Virus record (IMG/VR): IMGVR_UViG_3300009180_000025
Source of the DNA: an uncultured virus (IMG/VR IMGVR_UViG_3300009180_000025)
Lineage: Duplodnaviria > Heunggongvirae > Uroviricota > Caudoviricetes
Direction: 5' to 3' (one strand)
DNA length: 61,519 bases
Part shown: positions 28,546-37,949 of the stretch, piece by piece
Position numbering within the stretch: the first letter of the stretch is position 1
Layout: the number at the start of each line of letters is the position of its first letter
Notes under the pieces: generated by a model
Database searches by the model: none
The model's input: only the letters and a program-made list of their open reading frames with translations
What the model was told of the DNA's origin: nothing
Made by a program: the position numbers and the translations under genes

Positions 28546-29936
28546 CTGATTCCCCGTTCAGCAAAGTAAGACTTATGATCAACCGTAGTTAAGTACGAGT
28601 CTTTATTGAGCCTCAACGTAGTATACGTAAATCCGTCATTTCTCACTATGTTTTTTATTTCCGATATCATAAAGTATCCTGAAAGCTTCGTGTCAACTAA
28701 TGCTTCGTCGAATCCATGAAACTCTGGAATGTTTACCCAGATCACGTCCCCGGCTCTGAGTCTAAGATCGGTATAGATAACAAGCGATATATCAACCTGA
28801 GCATACGCTAAAAATGAAGATGCATCTCTTCCCCATTTAGTTCTAAAAGATGGCTGGCTCTGATCGTCGTAGTTGTTTATAACATACTTAGTCTTTGGAC
28901 TTTTTTCACTATTCGTATTATGATCAATGATTGCATCGATGTACTTAACGGTATTTAGTTTATGGTTATTGAGTTCACTATATTGATCGTCACGTATGTT
29001 GAACTTAGTTATCTTGTGATCTTTCTGTTGAAGATTGATCTCAACATATTCGTTCTCAAAATAACCTCCGACGATCTTCTCAAACATGGTAAGACGCTTA
29101 TTGAACTTAAAGTTCTTTGCGATCCTATTGACATCGAAGCCCTGACTGACCATCGACTTATATAGAGGCGCATCACGATTCATCATCTCAATGTTTGAGA
29201 TATAGTAGTATGGATTCTTTTTAGCTTGAACTAAAGCTTCATCGTCGACATAAGCTCTCCAAGTAGGTCTTTGAATAGCCTTGAATACGAATTCGGGTTC
29301 GATAATAGGCGAAGCTCTAAACTCATTTGCATTCGATGCACCTAGAGTCTCATAGAAAGCATACGTATAATACTTTTTATCATCTTCTGAGACTGCGTAA
29401 TTGCAGAGCCAATCGACTGCTGCAAATGGAGACATATTTGGAATAACGAGTTTACGTGTTTTTTTCGTATCATTAACGAACTTAATTTTCTTTTTCGATT
29501 TTAAATTGTTTTCAACTACGTCTTTTATGATTTTATCAATCGGCGAGACATAAGCTTTTGCTACAAGTTCGAGTGAATTAAGATAAGCTTCTTTAGAAGC
29601 AAGTTCAACGTTATAAACTGTTTGTCTGTTATCATTACCAATTAATATTTCTCTGATAGCGGTGATAACAAACTCAATCTTATAATTATTCTCACCTTCG
29701 TCAGTAGACTGTTTTAAAAATACTGTTATGATCTCTTCGCCTATCATAGGATAGTTATTGATCAAACCAACATAGTCGTTGATTGACAAATTACCTTTTA
29801 AGACTGGAGAAAAGATTGATTGAAATAGAGAGAATTCTACGACTTGCTCAGCAATGCTCATTGGATCTGAGCCATCGTGCTTGGTCATTGAGATGTCATA
29901 CGTCCCAATATTAAATGGATTAGTATTTTCAATCAT
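28542..29936 (-). CDS. Baseplate hub protein (gp27-like)
   Basis: SIFSPVLKG, PMIGEE, VIPNMSPF, LRAGDVI..SGYFMISEI; located between gp53 and gp5. Confidence 0.65.
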   Translation of the reverse strand: MIENTNPFNIGTYDISMTKHDGSDPMSIAEQVVEFSLFQSIFSPVLKGNLSINDYVGLINNYPMIGEEIITVFLKQSTDEGENNYKIEFVITAIREILIGNDNRQTVYNVELASKEAYLNSLELVAKAYVSPIDKIIKDVVENNLKSKKKIKFVNDTKKTRKLVIPNMSPFAAVDWLCNYAVSEDDKKYYTYAFYETLGASNANEFRASPIIEPEFVFKAIQRPTWRAYVDDEALVQAKKNPYYYISNIEMMNRDAPLYKSMVSQGFDVNRIAKNFKFNKRLTMFEKIVGGYFENEYVEINLQQKDHKITKFNIRDDQYSELNNHKLNTVKYIDAIIDHNTNSEKSPKTKYVINNYDDQSQPSFRTKWGRDASSFLAYAQVDISLVIYTDLRLRAGDVIWVNIPEFHGFDEALVDTKLSGYFMISEIKNIVRNDGFTYTTLRLNKDSYLTTVDHKSYFAERGIR

Positions 29937-30484
29937 TTGCTAAAGATTTCGGCAAGTTCATTTACTATTTGTGAAAGATAATTAGAACTAAGTAATTGTA
30001 TTGATCTCTTAGAATCATTTAATTCATTCTCATAATCATACACACTTACTGCAGTCCAACCAGATCTATCCTCAGCCGAAAGACTAGTGTAAGTATTAGT
30101 TGACATCTTCCAACTGACTCTAGCAATGTCAGCGTCAGATTCATTCGTCAATCCAGTATACTTATAGTGATTCGTAGTATTCTGTAGTTGATAGATCGAC
30201 TGCGTGTACTTTTTTTCTAGAAATTTGTTGAAGTCATTAGTATCAAGCGGCCAATCGTAATAAGGATCAACAACGTAATTACTGAAATAGACTACCCAGT
30301 CATAGGTAGGATCGCCATATACATTTTGCGCAACCATATCAGGCCGCATACCTTCTTTTATGATGTATGGATAAAATACTGACTTCTTTTTAAACACATC
30401 TGAAAGGATTGCCGACTTGAGAATTATGTTTCTGCAAGTGATCCCATTATAAACTATGCTTGGAAAGTTAGAAAAATATGGCAT
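29933..30484 (-). CDS. gp53: Baseplate wedge gp53
   Basis: YFSNFP, RPDMVA..VYGD..YDWVV..DPYYDWPL and YENELNDSKRSI. Confidence 0.9.
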   Translation of the reverse strand: MPYFSNFPSIVYNGITCRNIILKSAILSDVFKKKSVFYPYIIKEGMRPDMVAQNVYGDPTYDWVVYFSNYVVDPYYDWPLDTNDFNKFLEKKYTQSIYQLQNTTNHYKYTGLTNESDADIARVSWKMSTNTYTSLSAEDRSGWTAVSVYDYENELNDSKRSIQLLSSNYLSQIVNELAEIFSK

Positions 30485-30486
30485 TA

Positions 30487-31368
30487 TTATAATCCCCGCG
30501 CTACTTTCAGATCATGAGCCCAATCAGTAACAAATTCTTTCATGTCTCTCATGTCTTTATTATAGTTGCCGGTAAAACTTTCTCGCGTCTTCATATCTAT
30601 TTCGGCAAACGTTAAAGTTAGATCAATGATAGCAGGAAGACCATTCTTAAAGAAAGCATTTCCGGCCGCTGCGTTATTAATTTGCATGTCTGTTAAGAAA
30701 GAAGGATCCATTTTTGGATAACCCATAACTTTGCTAGTTTTATCATCGTAAGAAACGGTGAATAGCATTGGATAATCTAATGCAAACGAATTAAAATTTT
30801 TATTATAAGTTGGATGCATTGATTGTCTAAGAATGATTAATGCTGATTGAATATCAGCGCTTTCACCTTCATTTCTTGGAGTAAGTCTAAATTGATAAGC
30901 AATTTGTCGTAAGTTCATTCCATTGAATAGAAGCGCTGTTTTTGGATTCTTAACAGCTCCCAAATAGGCACCTGCGTAAGGTGCAGCAGCAGCTGCAAGA
31001 CCCCCGAGTCCTGCAGACTTTTTAGATATACTATCAATCTTACCGAACAACGCAGAAACAGTAGCTACACTCCCAACAACGCCAACTGCAACTGTAGCAA
31101 TTCTATCTCTTACGTCAGAATCCCCCCAATTTAATGCCGTGTCTAATGCGTTTCCAACAATACCAAGATCATCGGGGGAAGTTGAAGAAGAATAGTGATC
31201 GCTTGGAAATTGAACAGGCAGAGGTAAGTCAAGTGTAAAAAGTGGTTCTATCTTGAGAGGATCAGACGGCCGAGTTCTTTTGTACTCAAACGCATTTATC
31301 TTTGTGAAGTAGTCAGCAGTAGTTAACTTCATGCCCGAATGACCATTTGTGACTTGCGAGTCCGGCAT
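30487..31368 (-). CDS. gp48: Baseplate tail-tube cap gp48
   Basis: NPKTALLFNGMNLR..YQFRLTPRN..ES and LTLTFAEI. Confidence 0.8.
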   Translation of the reverse strand: MPDSQVTNGHSGMKLTTADYFTKINAFEYKRTRPSDPLKIEPLFTLDLPLPVQFPSDHYSSSTSPDDLGIVGNALDTALNWGDSDVRDRIATVAVGVVGSVATVSALFGKIDSISKKSAGLGGLAAAAAPYAGAYLGAVKNPKTALLFNGMNLRQIAYQFRLTPRNEGESADIQSALIILRQSMHPTYNKNFNSFALDYPMLFTVSYDDKTSKVMGYPKMDPSFLTDMQINNAAAGNAFFKNGLPAIIDLTLTFAEIDMKTRESFTGNYNKDMRDMKEFVTDWAHDLKVARGL

Positions 31369-31380
31369 CTTAAGTTCCCT

Positions 31381-31405
31381 TATAAATAGTTCATATATAT
31401 TTATA
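31381..31405. promoter_or_regulatory. Face-to-face pair of T4 late promoters serving gp4 (+) and gp48 (-)
   Basis: TATAAATA at 31381-31388 (+) and TATTTATA at 31398-31405 (TATAAATA on minus) in the short divergent gap. Confidence 0.85.
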
Positions 31406-31412
31406 GAGAAAA

Positions 31413-31853
31413 TTGATGTCTTATAAAGGAAGATTCATACCTAAGCAGCCATTAAAATATGCTGGTGATCCGAATAATATAATATATCGTAGTTCGTGGG
31501 AACTTAAGATGATGAGGTATTTCGATAGTCATCCAGATGTATTACAATGGAGTTCAGAAGAACTAGCAATACCATATCTTTCTCCGGCTGATAATAGAAT
31601 GCACAGATACTTTCCCGATTTTATCATACAAATGCGTGATAAGAATGGTGAAATATTAACTATAATGATTGAAGTTAAGCCTTTTATTCAGACTATGGAA
31701 CCTAGGAAGAATCCAACTCATCCACGTAGATATATCAAAGAAGTTTTTCAGTATGGAATTAATCAGGCTAAATGGAAAGCTGCTAATGAGTATTGCAGAG
31801 ATAGGAATTGGCAGTTTAAGATTATGAGCGAAAAAGAGATAGGCATCAAGTAA
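31413..31853 (+). CDS. gp4: Head completion nuclease gp4
   Basis: YKGRF.P..P.KY.GDP.NIIYRSSWE, HRYFPDF, IEVKP and NQAKWKAA. Confidence 0.92.
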   Translation: MMSYKGRFIPKQPLKYAGDPNNIIYRSSWELKMMRYFDSHPDVLQWSSEELAIPYLSPADNRMHRYFPDFIIQMRDKNGEILTIMIEVKPFIQTMEPRKNPTHPRRYIKEVFQYGINQAKWKAANEYCRDRNWQFKIMSEKEIGIK

Positions 31854-32443
31854 TGGCTCAACTATTTACTGACATTCTTGAACAGGGTAGGCAGAACTTT
31901 GCTAGACCAGGATTTATAGATTCGCGTGACTGGTTTCGCGAGACTGCTAGATCCATTTCGAGGATAAACGAGAATAAACTGATTAATAATAACGCTGAAC
32001 TCCAACGGCGTATTCCAATGCCGGGATATATGTATATGTTCGTGTATGACGCAAAGCATAAAGATACGCTCCCATACTTCGATAGGTTTCCTCTTGTGTT
32101 TCCATTCTCCGTGCAGAACGATGGATTCATGGGAATAAACATGCACTATCTTCCACATCTTCTTCGTGCTAGGTTAATGGACTCACTATACAACTTAGCG
32201 ACTAATAATAAATTCGATGAAAAAACTAGACTGAGAATGTCATACGACCTTCTTAATAGTGTTTCTAGAAGCAAATTAGTTGCACCGTGTGTTAAGAAAT
32301 ACTTGTATTCTCATTTAAGAACTAGGTTTCTTTTAGTACCATCAAATGAATGGGACATTGCTTTATTCCTACCACTTGAAAGATTCAACGTAAATAAGAG
32401 AACCGTCTTTAACGACTCTCAGAAAATGACAAGAAGACTATAA
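31853..32443 (+). CDS. gp2: DNA end protector gp2
   Basis: YDAKHKDTLPYFDRFPL, GINMHYL and PCVKKYL. Confidence 0.92.
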   Translation: MAQLFTDILEQGRQNFARPGFIDSRDWFRETARSISRINENKLINNNAELQRRIPMPGYMYMFVYDAKHKDTLPYFDRFPLVFPFSVQNDGFMGINMHYLPHLLRARLMDSLYNLATNNKFDEKTRLRMSYDLLNSVSRSKLVAPCVKKYLYSHLRTRFLLVPSNEWDIALFLPLERFNVNKRTVFNDSQKMTRRL

Positions 32444-33207
32444 TGGCATTCAACATAAAAGACATGACGTCGGCTATCAATAGGAGAGGGGGGCTCGCGA
32501 AGCCTTCCCACTTTTACGTTATGATCTCGAAGGTGCCTAAAGCACTTCAGGGAATGAGTTACCCAAAGGAAGCACACTTTTTCTGCGACACCGCAGCGCT
32601 TCCTGGATTTAATTTCTCAACACAAACAGTTAAGCCAATTGGTTACGGAACTAGTGAAAACAGACCACACGACACCTCGTTTAATCCAGTCGAAATGTCA
32701 TTCTTAGTAGACTCAGACGGTAAGGTTCTCGACTTCTTTCAGAAGTGGATATCAATGGTCTATAACTTTAGTGTTGATCAGGGCGGAGTTATGCAAGGGT
32801 CTAACCTAGCTTACGGCGAGTTTGCTTATCCAGAAGAATACGAAGGTGTTATCGAAATTCACTTCTTAGATCCAGTCGGCGGCCCTAATGGTCGCGAGAT
32901 AATGAAGTATACATTAACAAGAGCTTTTCCAATGACTCTTGGAAACATCAACGTTGGTTGGGAACAAAACGATACTCTCACCAGATTACCAGTAGCTTTT
33001 GCATATAACAATTGGGATACAAAAGCTATTCCGGCTTCGACTATGGACAGTGCCGAAGCGCAAAGACTTCAAGCTTCCAACAATGCAGAAAACCGATTTA
33101 ACGCAGGCGGTTCTTTTGCGTTCGGATTAAACCTTCTTCAAAATGGTAGAAGAAACCCATCAGCGCTAATTTCAGGAATTGACGCGTTTGCATCATCACT
33201 TAGATAA
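32443..33207 (+). CDS. Tail-tube-family protein (gp54/gp19-like)
   Basis: GGLAKPSHF, CDTAALPG, FFQKW, YTLTRAFP and a position after gp2. Confidence 0.75.
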   Translation: MAFNIKDMTSAINRRGGLAKPSHFYVMISKVPKALQGMSYPKEAHFFCDTAALPGFNFSTQTVKPIGYGTSENRPHDTSFNPVEMSFLVDSDGKVLDFFQKWISMVYNFSVDQGGVMQGSNLAYGEFAYPEEYEGVIEIHFLDPVGGPNGREIMKYTLTRAFPMTLGNINVGWEQNDTLTRLPVAFAYNNWDTKAIPASTMDSAEAQRLQASNNAENRFNAGGSFAFGLNLLQNGRRNPSALISGIDAFASSLR

Positions 33208-33218
33208 TGGAGTAATTT

Positions 33219-33953
33219 ATGCCTTTACCAACTATTAAACACCCCGTATTCAAAATCAGCGTGCCATCTACTGGTGCACAGATTTCATATAGACCTTACA
33301 CAGTTCAAGAAGAAAAGCTTCTTCTAATTATGAAGTTGTCTAATGATGTTGATGAGATTATAGGAACCATCAAGCAAATCATCAATAACTGTGTTTTTGA
33401 AGACATCGATGTTGAAAAATTCGCGATGTTTGACATTGAGTATCTTTTCTTAAACATTCGTAAAGTGTCGGTCAGTAACATTATTGAGTTAAACTATAGC
33501 GAAGAGATTGATAGTAAAGTGGTTCGCGTTCCATTTAGTGTTGATATTGAACAAGTGAAAGTCAAGTTTAATCCTGAGCATTCAAATACTATCAAGATTA
33601 ACGAAGACATGGGGATTAAGATGAACTACCCCAGTGTGACTCACATGTTAAAACTCGAAGATATGATTCAGAAAGAAGAGTTTAATAGCTCTAAAATTGA
33701 TGAATACATCTACGATGTATTCTTAGAATGTGTTGAATCAATTTATGATGCTGATAAAGTATACAATCGTTCAGAATTTACGAAAGATGAACTTAATCAA
33801 TTCATCTCTTCGTTACCTGCTGATACGATGAATCATATTCGCAATTTTTTTGATACTCTACCATCATTAGAACACGAAGTTATTGTGGCTATGCCGAGTG
33901 GAGTTAATAAGACTGTTGTGATGAAGGGCCTAAAAGATTTTTTTATATTCTGA
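33219..33953 (+). CDS. gp26: Baseplate hub assembly protein gp26
   Basis: MPLPTI, YRPYTVQEEKLL, FDIEYLFLNIR, FFDTLP and the terminal GLKDFF. Confidence 0.9.
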   Translation: MPLPTIKHPVFKISVPSTGAQISYRPYTVQEEKLLLIMKLSNDVDEIIGTIKQIINNCVFEDIDVEKFAMFDIEYLFLNIRKVSVSNIIELNYSEEIDSKVVRVPFSVDIEQVKVKFNPEHSNTIKINEDMGIKMNYPSVTHMLKLEDMIQKEEFNSSKIDEYIYDVFLECVESIYDADKVYNRSEFTKDELNQFISSLPADTMNHIRNFFDTLPSLEHEVIVAMPSGVNKTVVMKGLKDFFIF

Positions 33954-34114
33954 CCGGATACAGTAGTATTTCGGTCTATTATAAAACAATGTTTTCTATG
34001 GTTCAACACCATAAATATAGTATGTCGGATTGGAATGATATGTATCCCTATGAAAGGGATCTTTTTATCGATATGTTAGCTAACTATATAGAAGAACAGA
34101 ATCAGAAGAAGTAA
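33938..34114 (+). CDS. gp51: gp51-like baseplate hub assembly catalyst, probably reached by -1 frameshift from gp26
   Basis: Not in the ORF track. The -1 frame reads FFYILTGYSSISVYYKTMFSMVQHHKYSMSDWNDMYPYERDLFIDMLANYIEEQNQKK*. QHHKYS..PYERD is the gp51-family signature. The first ATG is only at 33989. Confidence 0.8.
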   Translation, partial: FFYILTGYSSISVYYKTMFSMVQHHKYSMSDWNDMYPYERDLFIDMLANYIEEQNQKK

Positions 34115-34116
34115 TA

Positions 34117-36198
34117 ATGGCTATTAAACAGACAGGCGAACAGATTCTTGAACAGCTGATGCGCGAAGGTGGTCCGCGTGCACAACAAGCTGCTGCAGCG
34201 GCTATACAAGATCTGAAGATCGGTCTGTCTAAGACCATGAAAGATACGCTCGAGACTGCTCAAGCTACTGGAAAGATAACAAAACAAACCGCCGTATCTC
34301 AAAAAGAAGGCGTTGAGATCTCCAAAGTAGCTAATCAAAACATTAAAGACTTAAAGTCTGGGCAGAAAGAACTTATAACTCTTACTAAGCAAACTAATGG
34401 TTTTCTAAATAATCTATTATCTGCAAGCAATAAGTATTTTGAAAGCAATAATGAGTTTCTTCAAAACTTATTGTTAAGAAATTCACTTGATAGTAATAAA
34501 CTAAACGATAAGTTGGAAAAGCTTTTTGATAAGCAAAATCGTATTCAACCTAGTCAGATTGCTCCTATTACAAATACTGGTAATGGTGGCGGTGATGATG
34601 GTGGCGGATCAACTATCGCAGATGCTGTTGCAAAAGCTATAGGATCCATCGCGGCAGCTTTCGGAACTGTGAAGACTGCAAAAGTAATTTTTGGTAGAGG
34701 TGCGGGTGCAGAACCAAAAGCCCCTACTCCCGCAGAAGAAGTACCAAAGCCAAAACCTAAGAGGGTTACTGGTGTAGAATCTGATACAAAACCACGAGCA
34801 ACTGATATAGCAAAAAAGACAACACCTAAGGGGGTTACTGGTGTAGAATCTGATACAAAACCAACCGCAGCTGATAAAGCAAAAAAGACAACACCTAGGG
34901 TTAGTAGAGGTAGTGGAGCTGAACCAAGAGCCCCTACTCCCGCAGAAGAAGTAAGACCAGCACCAAAACCTCTAGTTAAAGAAAACGTTTATTATGATGA
35001 AAAAACAAAAAGATTTAAAAATCGTCTAACTAATAATTTTGTTAAAGATGCGGAGGCGACGGCTTTAGGTTTAAAGAAACCCGGAACTATAACCCGCGCG
35101 CCGGTCCCAACGCCCGAAACTGGTGTTGGCGTTGGTAAAGTACTTAAAGGTGCAGCTGCTCTTGGCGCAGCAGTTAATATTATTGCTGCGATGTATTCTA
35201 GTGGAGATCTTGCACAGGCTGAAGAAGCTAAAGGAAAAGTTCAAAAGCAACTCGCCAATGGTGAAATAACCGAGGATGAAGCCGTATTAGCATTTAAAGA
35301 AATCGATTTTTTCATAGCAGGAGTTCGCGGTCAAATCGCTGCTTATGAAGGTACTGTAGGAGCTGGAGCTGGTATAGCTGGAGGTATAGCTGGGGTGGCC
35401 GCTACCCCAGTTACTTCTCCGGTTGGCGGATTTGTAATTGGTACTGCTGTTGGAATGGCAACTGACGCGGGATTGCGGGCCGCAGCTGAAGCTACTGGAG
35501 CCAAACCAGTTTTAGAAGAGGTTGGTAAAGTAACTGGTGAAGTTGTTTCCGCGGGAGCTGCATTAACACGAAATGCACTCAGTTCTTTAACCGGGGGCTA
35601 TATTTACTCAGACACCGAAGCCACTAAGAGAGATTTACTTACAGGAAGATTTACAGCAGAAGAGAATGCTGCACGTGCCGCGGCAGAAGAAGAATATCAG
35701 GCTGCTAATAAAGCTGCCCCTCAAGGTTTTAGAGCAAGGGCCGCGCTTGGTCTTAGCAGCGAAGAAGCAAAAGCTAGAGATGAGAGATTAGCTTTAGCTA
35801 AAGCTAATCGCGATAAAATCAATGCTGAAACAGAAGCTAAAAGGTTGGAGCGTGAGAAAATATACCAAGCTCAAGTCCAAGCTCAAGTCGAAAAACAAAG
35901 ACTAAGCCAGCAACAAAATACAACACCAGTTGATACTGGCGATGATTCAGCAGAACCAATCGTAACTGTTATTCCAGCACAAAAATTAAATCAACAAACA
36001 ATCGCCGCGGTTGACACTCCAACAAGCACTTCTTCAAATGTTACCATAATTAATCAAGGCGATAATACTACAGTTACAGGACAGGGTAACGCCGGAGGAT
36101 CTAATCAAAGTTCCCCAGGCGTTGGTAGTCCTAGTGCTCCGAATAATCCTTTTGATGCAAGACTATACGGTAAAGCGGATAGGCGTAACGGGTTTTAA
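34117..36198 (+). CDS. Probable tape measure protein (gp29-like)
   Basis: Follows gp26/gp51. It has helical Ala-rich segments, a Gly/Ala hydrophobic stretch (GAGAGIAGGIAGVAA...) and an Asn/Ser-rich C-terminus. Confidence 0.65.
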   Translation: MAIKQTGEQILEQLMREGGPRAQQAAAAAIQDLKIGLSKTMKDTLETAQATGKITKQTAVSQKEGVEISKVANQNIKDLKSGQKELITLTKQTNGFLNNLLSASNKYFESNNEFLQNLLLRNSLDSNKLNDKLEKLFDKQNRIQPSQIAPITNTGNGGGDDGGGSTIADAVAKAIGSIAAAFGTVKTAKVIFGRGAGAEPKAPTPAEEVPKPKPKRVTGVESDTKPRATDIAKKTTPKGVTGVESDTKPTAADKAKKTTPRVSRGSGAEPRAPTPAEEVRPAPKPLVKENVYYDEKTKRFKNRLTNNFVKDAEATALGLKKPGTITRAPVPTPETGVGVGKVLKGAAALGAAVNIIAAMYSSGDLAQAEEAKGKVQKQLANGEITEDEAVLAFKEIDFFIAGVRGQIAAYEGTVGAGAGIAGGIAGVAATPVTSPVGGFVIGTAVGMATDAGLRAAAEATGAKPVLEEVGKVTGEVVSAGAALTRNALSSLTGGYIYSDTEATKRDLLTGRFTAEENAARAAAEEEYQAANKAAPQGFRARAALGLSSEEAKARDERLALAKANRDKINAETEAKRLEREKIYQAQVQAQVEKQRLSQQQNTTPVDTGDDSAEPIVTVIPAQKLNQQTIAAVDTPTSTSSNVTIINQGDNTTVTGQGNAGGSNQSSPGVGSPSAPNNPFDARLYGKADRRNGF
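34693..34953 (+). repeat. Nested in-frame direct repeats in the tape-measure-like gene
   Basis: A 69-nt tandem unit (GGGTTACTGGTGTAGAATCTGATACAAAACCA at 34763 and 34832) flanked by about 50-nt direct repeats encoding RGxGAEPxAPTPAEEV (34693 and 34903). Confidence 0.9.
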
Positions 36199-37106
36199 TC
36201 TTTTGCCATCTTCTTGAAGAAACTCAAGTCATCGTCATCGTCATCTGATGAACTATTCCACGAAGAAGCTGCCGTCTCAACCTTCGGTGCGGTAGTAGCT
36301 TTTTGCGGAATTGGGAAAGCTTCTTCCTCTCTAGAATTAGGACCAGCCGCACGAGCAGCCTCAATACCTACACCAAGCGCTCGAGATAAACGCGCTTTGA
36401 GTTCATCATAAGACTTGAAGTTCTTAGGATCGACGAGTTCGGTAAGTGAGTACTCAGACTTCCAGACAGCTTCAAGCTTATCATCGTCGTTGAGCAATGG
36501 TGCCGGATCGTCAAACTCAGACTTATCGTAGTTCCGATAGCCTTCGACGTTGCGGATCTTCAACTTAAAGTTTGCACCTTCCCAAAGATCAAATGGGTTA
36601 ATTGCTACTTCACCTTCAAACTGTGGGTGCATAGCCTCATTGATCTTATCGAAGATCTTTTTACCATACTTATACAGGAACACCTTACCCTCGTTTGCTG
36701 GGTTCGCAGTGTCTTTAACAACGTATACGTTTGAGTGATAGGCAAGTCGCTGCTTCTGTTTACGAGCAATTTCTTTGTCGGATTCTACACCCGAGTTCCA
36801 AAGCTTGTTATTGAGTTCAGCAACTGGATCGGGATTACCAAGAGTCCGCAGAGACTTTTCGATGTACCAACCACCATCGCCCTGAAAGCCATGATCCCAA
36901 ATACGAACGAATGGAACGTCCTCGCCCTGAGGAGGAGGCAGGAAGCGAATGATTGCATATCCGTTGCCGGCTTTATCGACCTCAGGCTTCCAATAATTTT
37001 CTTCAGAAGAGTCCTGACGCTTAGTATTTAGTTTATCGATCTCGACAGTGAGTTTGTCAAATGCAGACTTACGATTCTGTTTAAGTGTATCGAACGATGT
37101 AGCCAT
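36195..37106 (-). CDS. gp32: Single-stranded DNA-binding protein gp32
   Basis: WKPEVDKAGNGYAIIRFLP, GKVFLYKYGKKIFDKI, NPFDLWEGANFKLKI and an acidic tail. Start placed at MATSF; the alternative ATG is at 37121. Confidence 0.95.
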   Translation of the reverse strand: MATSFDTLKQNRKSAFDKLTVEIDKLNTKRQDSSEENYWKPEVDKAGNGYAIIRFLPPPQGEDVPFVRIWDHGFQGDGGWYIEKSLRTLGNPDPVAELNNKLWNSGVESDKEIARKQKQRLAYHSNVYVVKDTANPANEGKVFLYKYGKKIFDKINEAMHPQFEGEVAINPFDLWEGANFKLKIRNVEGYRNYDKSEFDDPAPLLNDDDKLEAVWKSEYSLTELVDPKNFKSYDELKARLSRALGVGIEAARAAGPNSREEEAFPIPQKATTAPKVETAASSWNSSSDDDDDDLSFFKKMAKD

Positions 37107-37134
37107 TTTTTTATTTTCCATGATGTTACGTTGT

Positions 37135-37716
37135 TTACGACGATTGTGAGAACTTGTTCTTCAAGATCCCACGATATTTATCGTGATCATAAGTCAAGAA
37201 GGGGTGAAGCTTCTTACAATTCATCGCGATTTTAGGCCAGAGCACCGTGTCGGTGATCTGCTTGTTCCATCTACCAAAGAAGCGAACGCAGTCTTGGATG
37301 ATGATGAAAGTCTCTTTGCTTATCTTTTTACGGGTTAACAACTTGAGAAGATGCGGGTAGTCTCCAGCCGGCACTTCAAAGTTCTTATCGAATTCTTCTA
37401 ATAGATTATCTATATCACATTCAAACTGATATGTCAAGGCTTGTTGTCGTTTTATGAAGTTATTATAATTGAGATCTGATTGCGCACTAAACATATCACG
37501 CGAATAGAATTTAGAGTTCTCTGAAAAGTTTGATACAAGATAGGTGATTGGATCTTCGTGCTTTGACAATTTATAGAACATATACTTATCAGGTCGGATG
37601 TCGAGAGAGTGTTCAGTCACTCGAGTCTTTCCGCGATACATGTGATAATCGTAACTAGCTTGCGTGAAGTGCAAGTTGATCGCGTTGTATAGTTGGTAAG
37701 CTTCAAACTGGGTCAT
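37135..37716 (-). CDS. gp59: Helicase loader gp59
   Basis: FEAYQLYNAINLHFT..YDYH.YRGK and ISKETFII. Confidence 0.88.
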   Translation of the reverse strand: MTQFEAYQLYNAINLHFTQASYDYHMYRGKTRVTEHSLDIRPDKYMFYKLSKHEDPITYLVSNFSENSKFYSRDMFSAQSDLNYNNFIKRQQALTYQFECDIDNLLEEFDKNFEVPAGDYPHLLKLLTRKKISKETFIIIQDCVRFFGRWNKQITDTVLWPKIAMNCKKLHPFLTYDHDKYRGILKNKFSQSS

Positions 37717-37949
37717 ATTGGCAGACGTGCTGAAGTCCTCTTAACCATCTTTAGTGTTTCTGCTTCGAGTTGTATCTTTGACTTCATAGCAGAATTATGT
37801 TTAATGATCTCCGCCATAGTCTCTACTTCAAGATTATTCTTTTCACAATAAAATACGACTGCATCGATGTAATCGAGTGTTGTATTATTAACTAGAGTTT
37901 CAATCTCTTGGATCATCTCTAACGGAACTTTAAGATTGTTAATTTTCAC
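37713..37949 (-). CDS. gp33: Late-promoter transcription co-activator gp33
   Basis: YIDAVVFYCEKNNLEVE...KIQLEAE..K...RLPI. Confidence 0.88.
   Translation of the reverse strand: MKINNLKVPLEMIQEIETLVNNTTLDYIDAVVFYCEKNNLEVETMAEIIKHNSAMKSKIQLEAETLKMVKRTSARLPI

Noticed and set aside
37409..37437. Internal sigma70 promoter for gp32 inside gp59 (TTGACA-17-TATAGA)
   Set aside because: It is plausible, but the -10 lacks the conserved final T and lies in AT-rich coding sequence, so it was not called.
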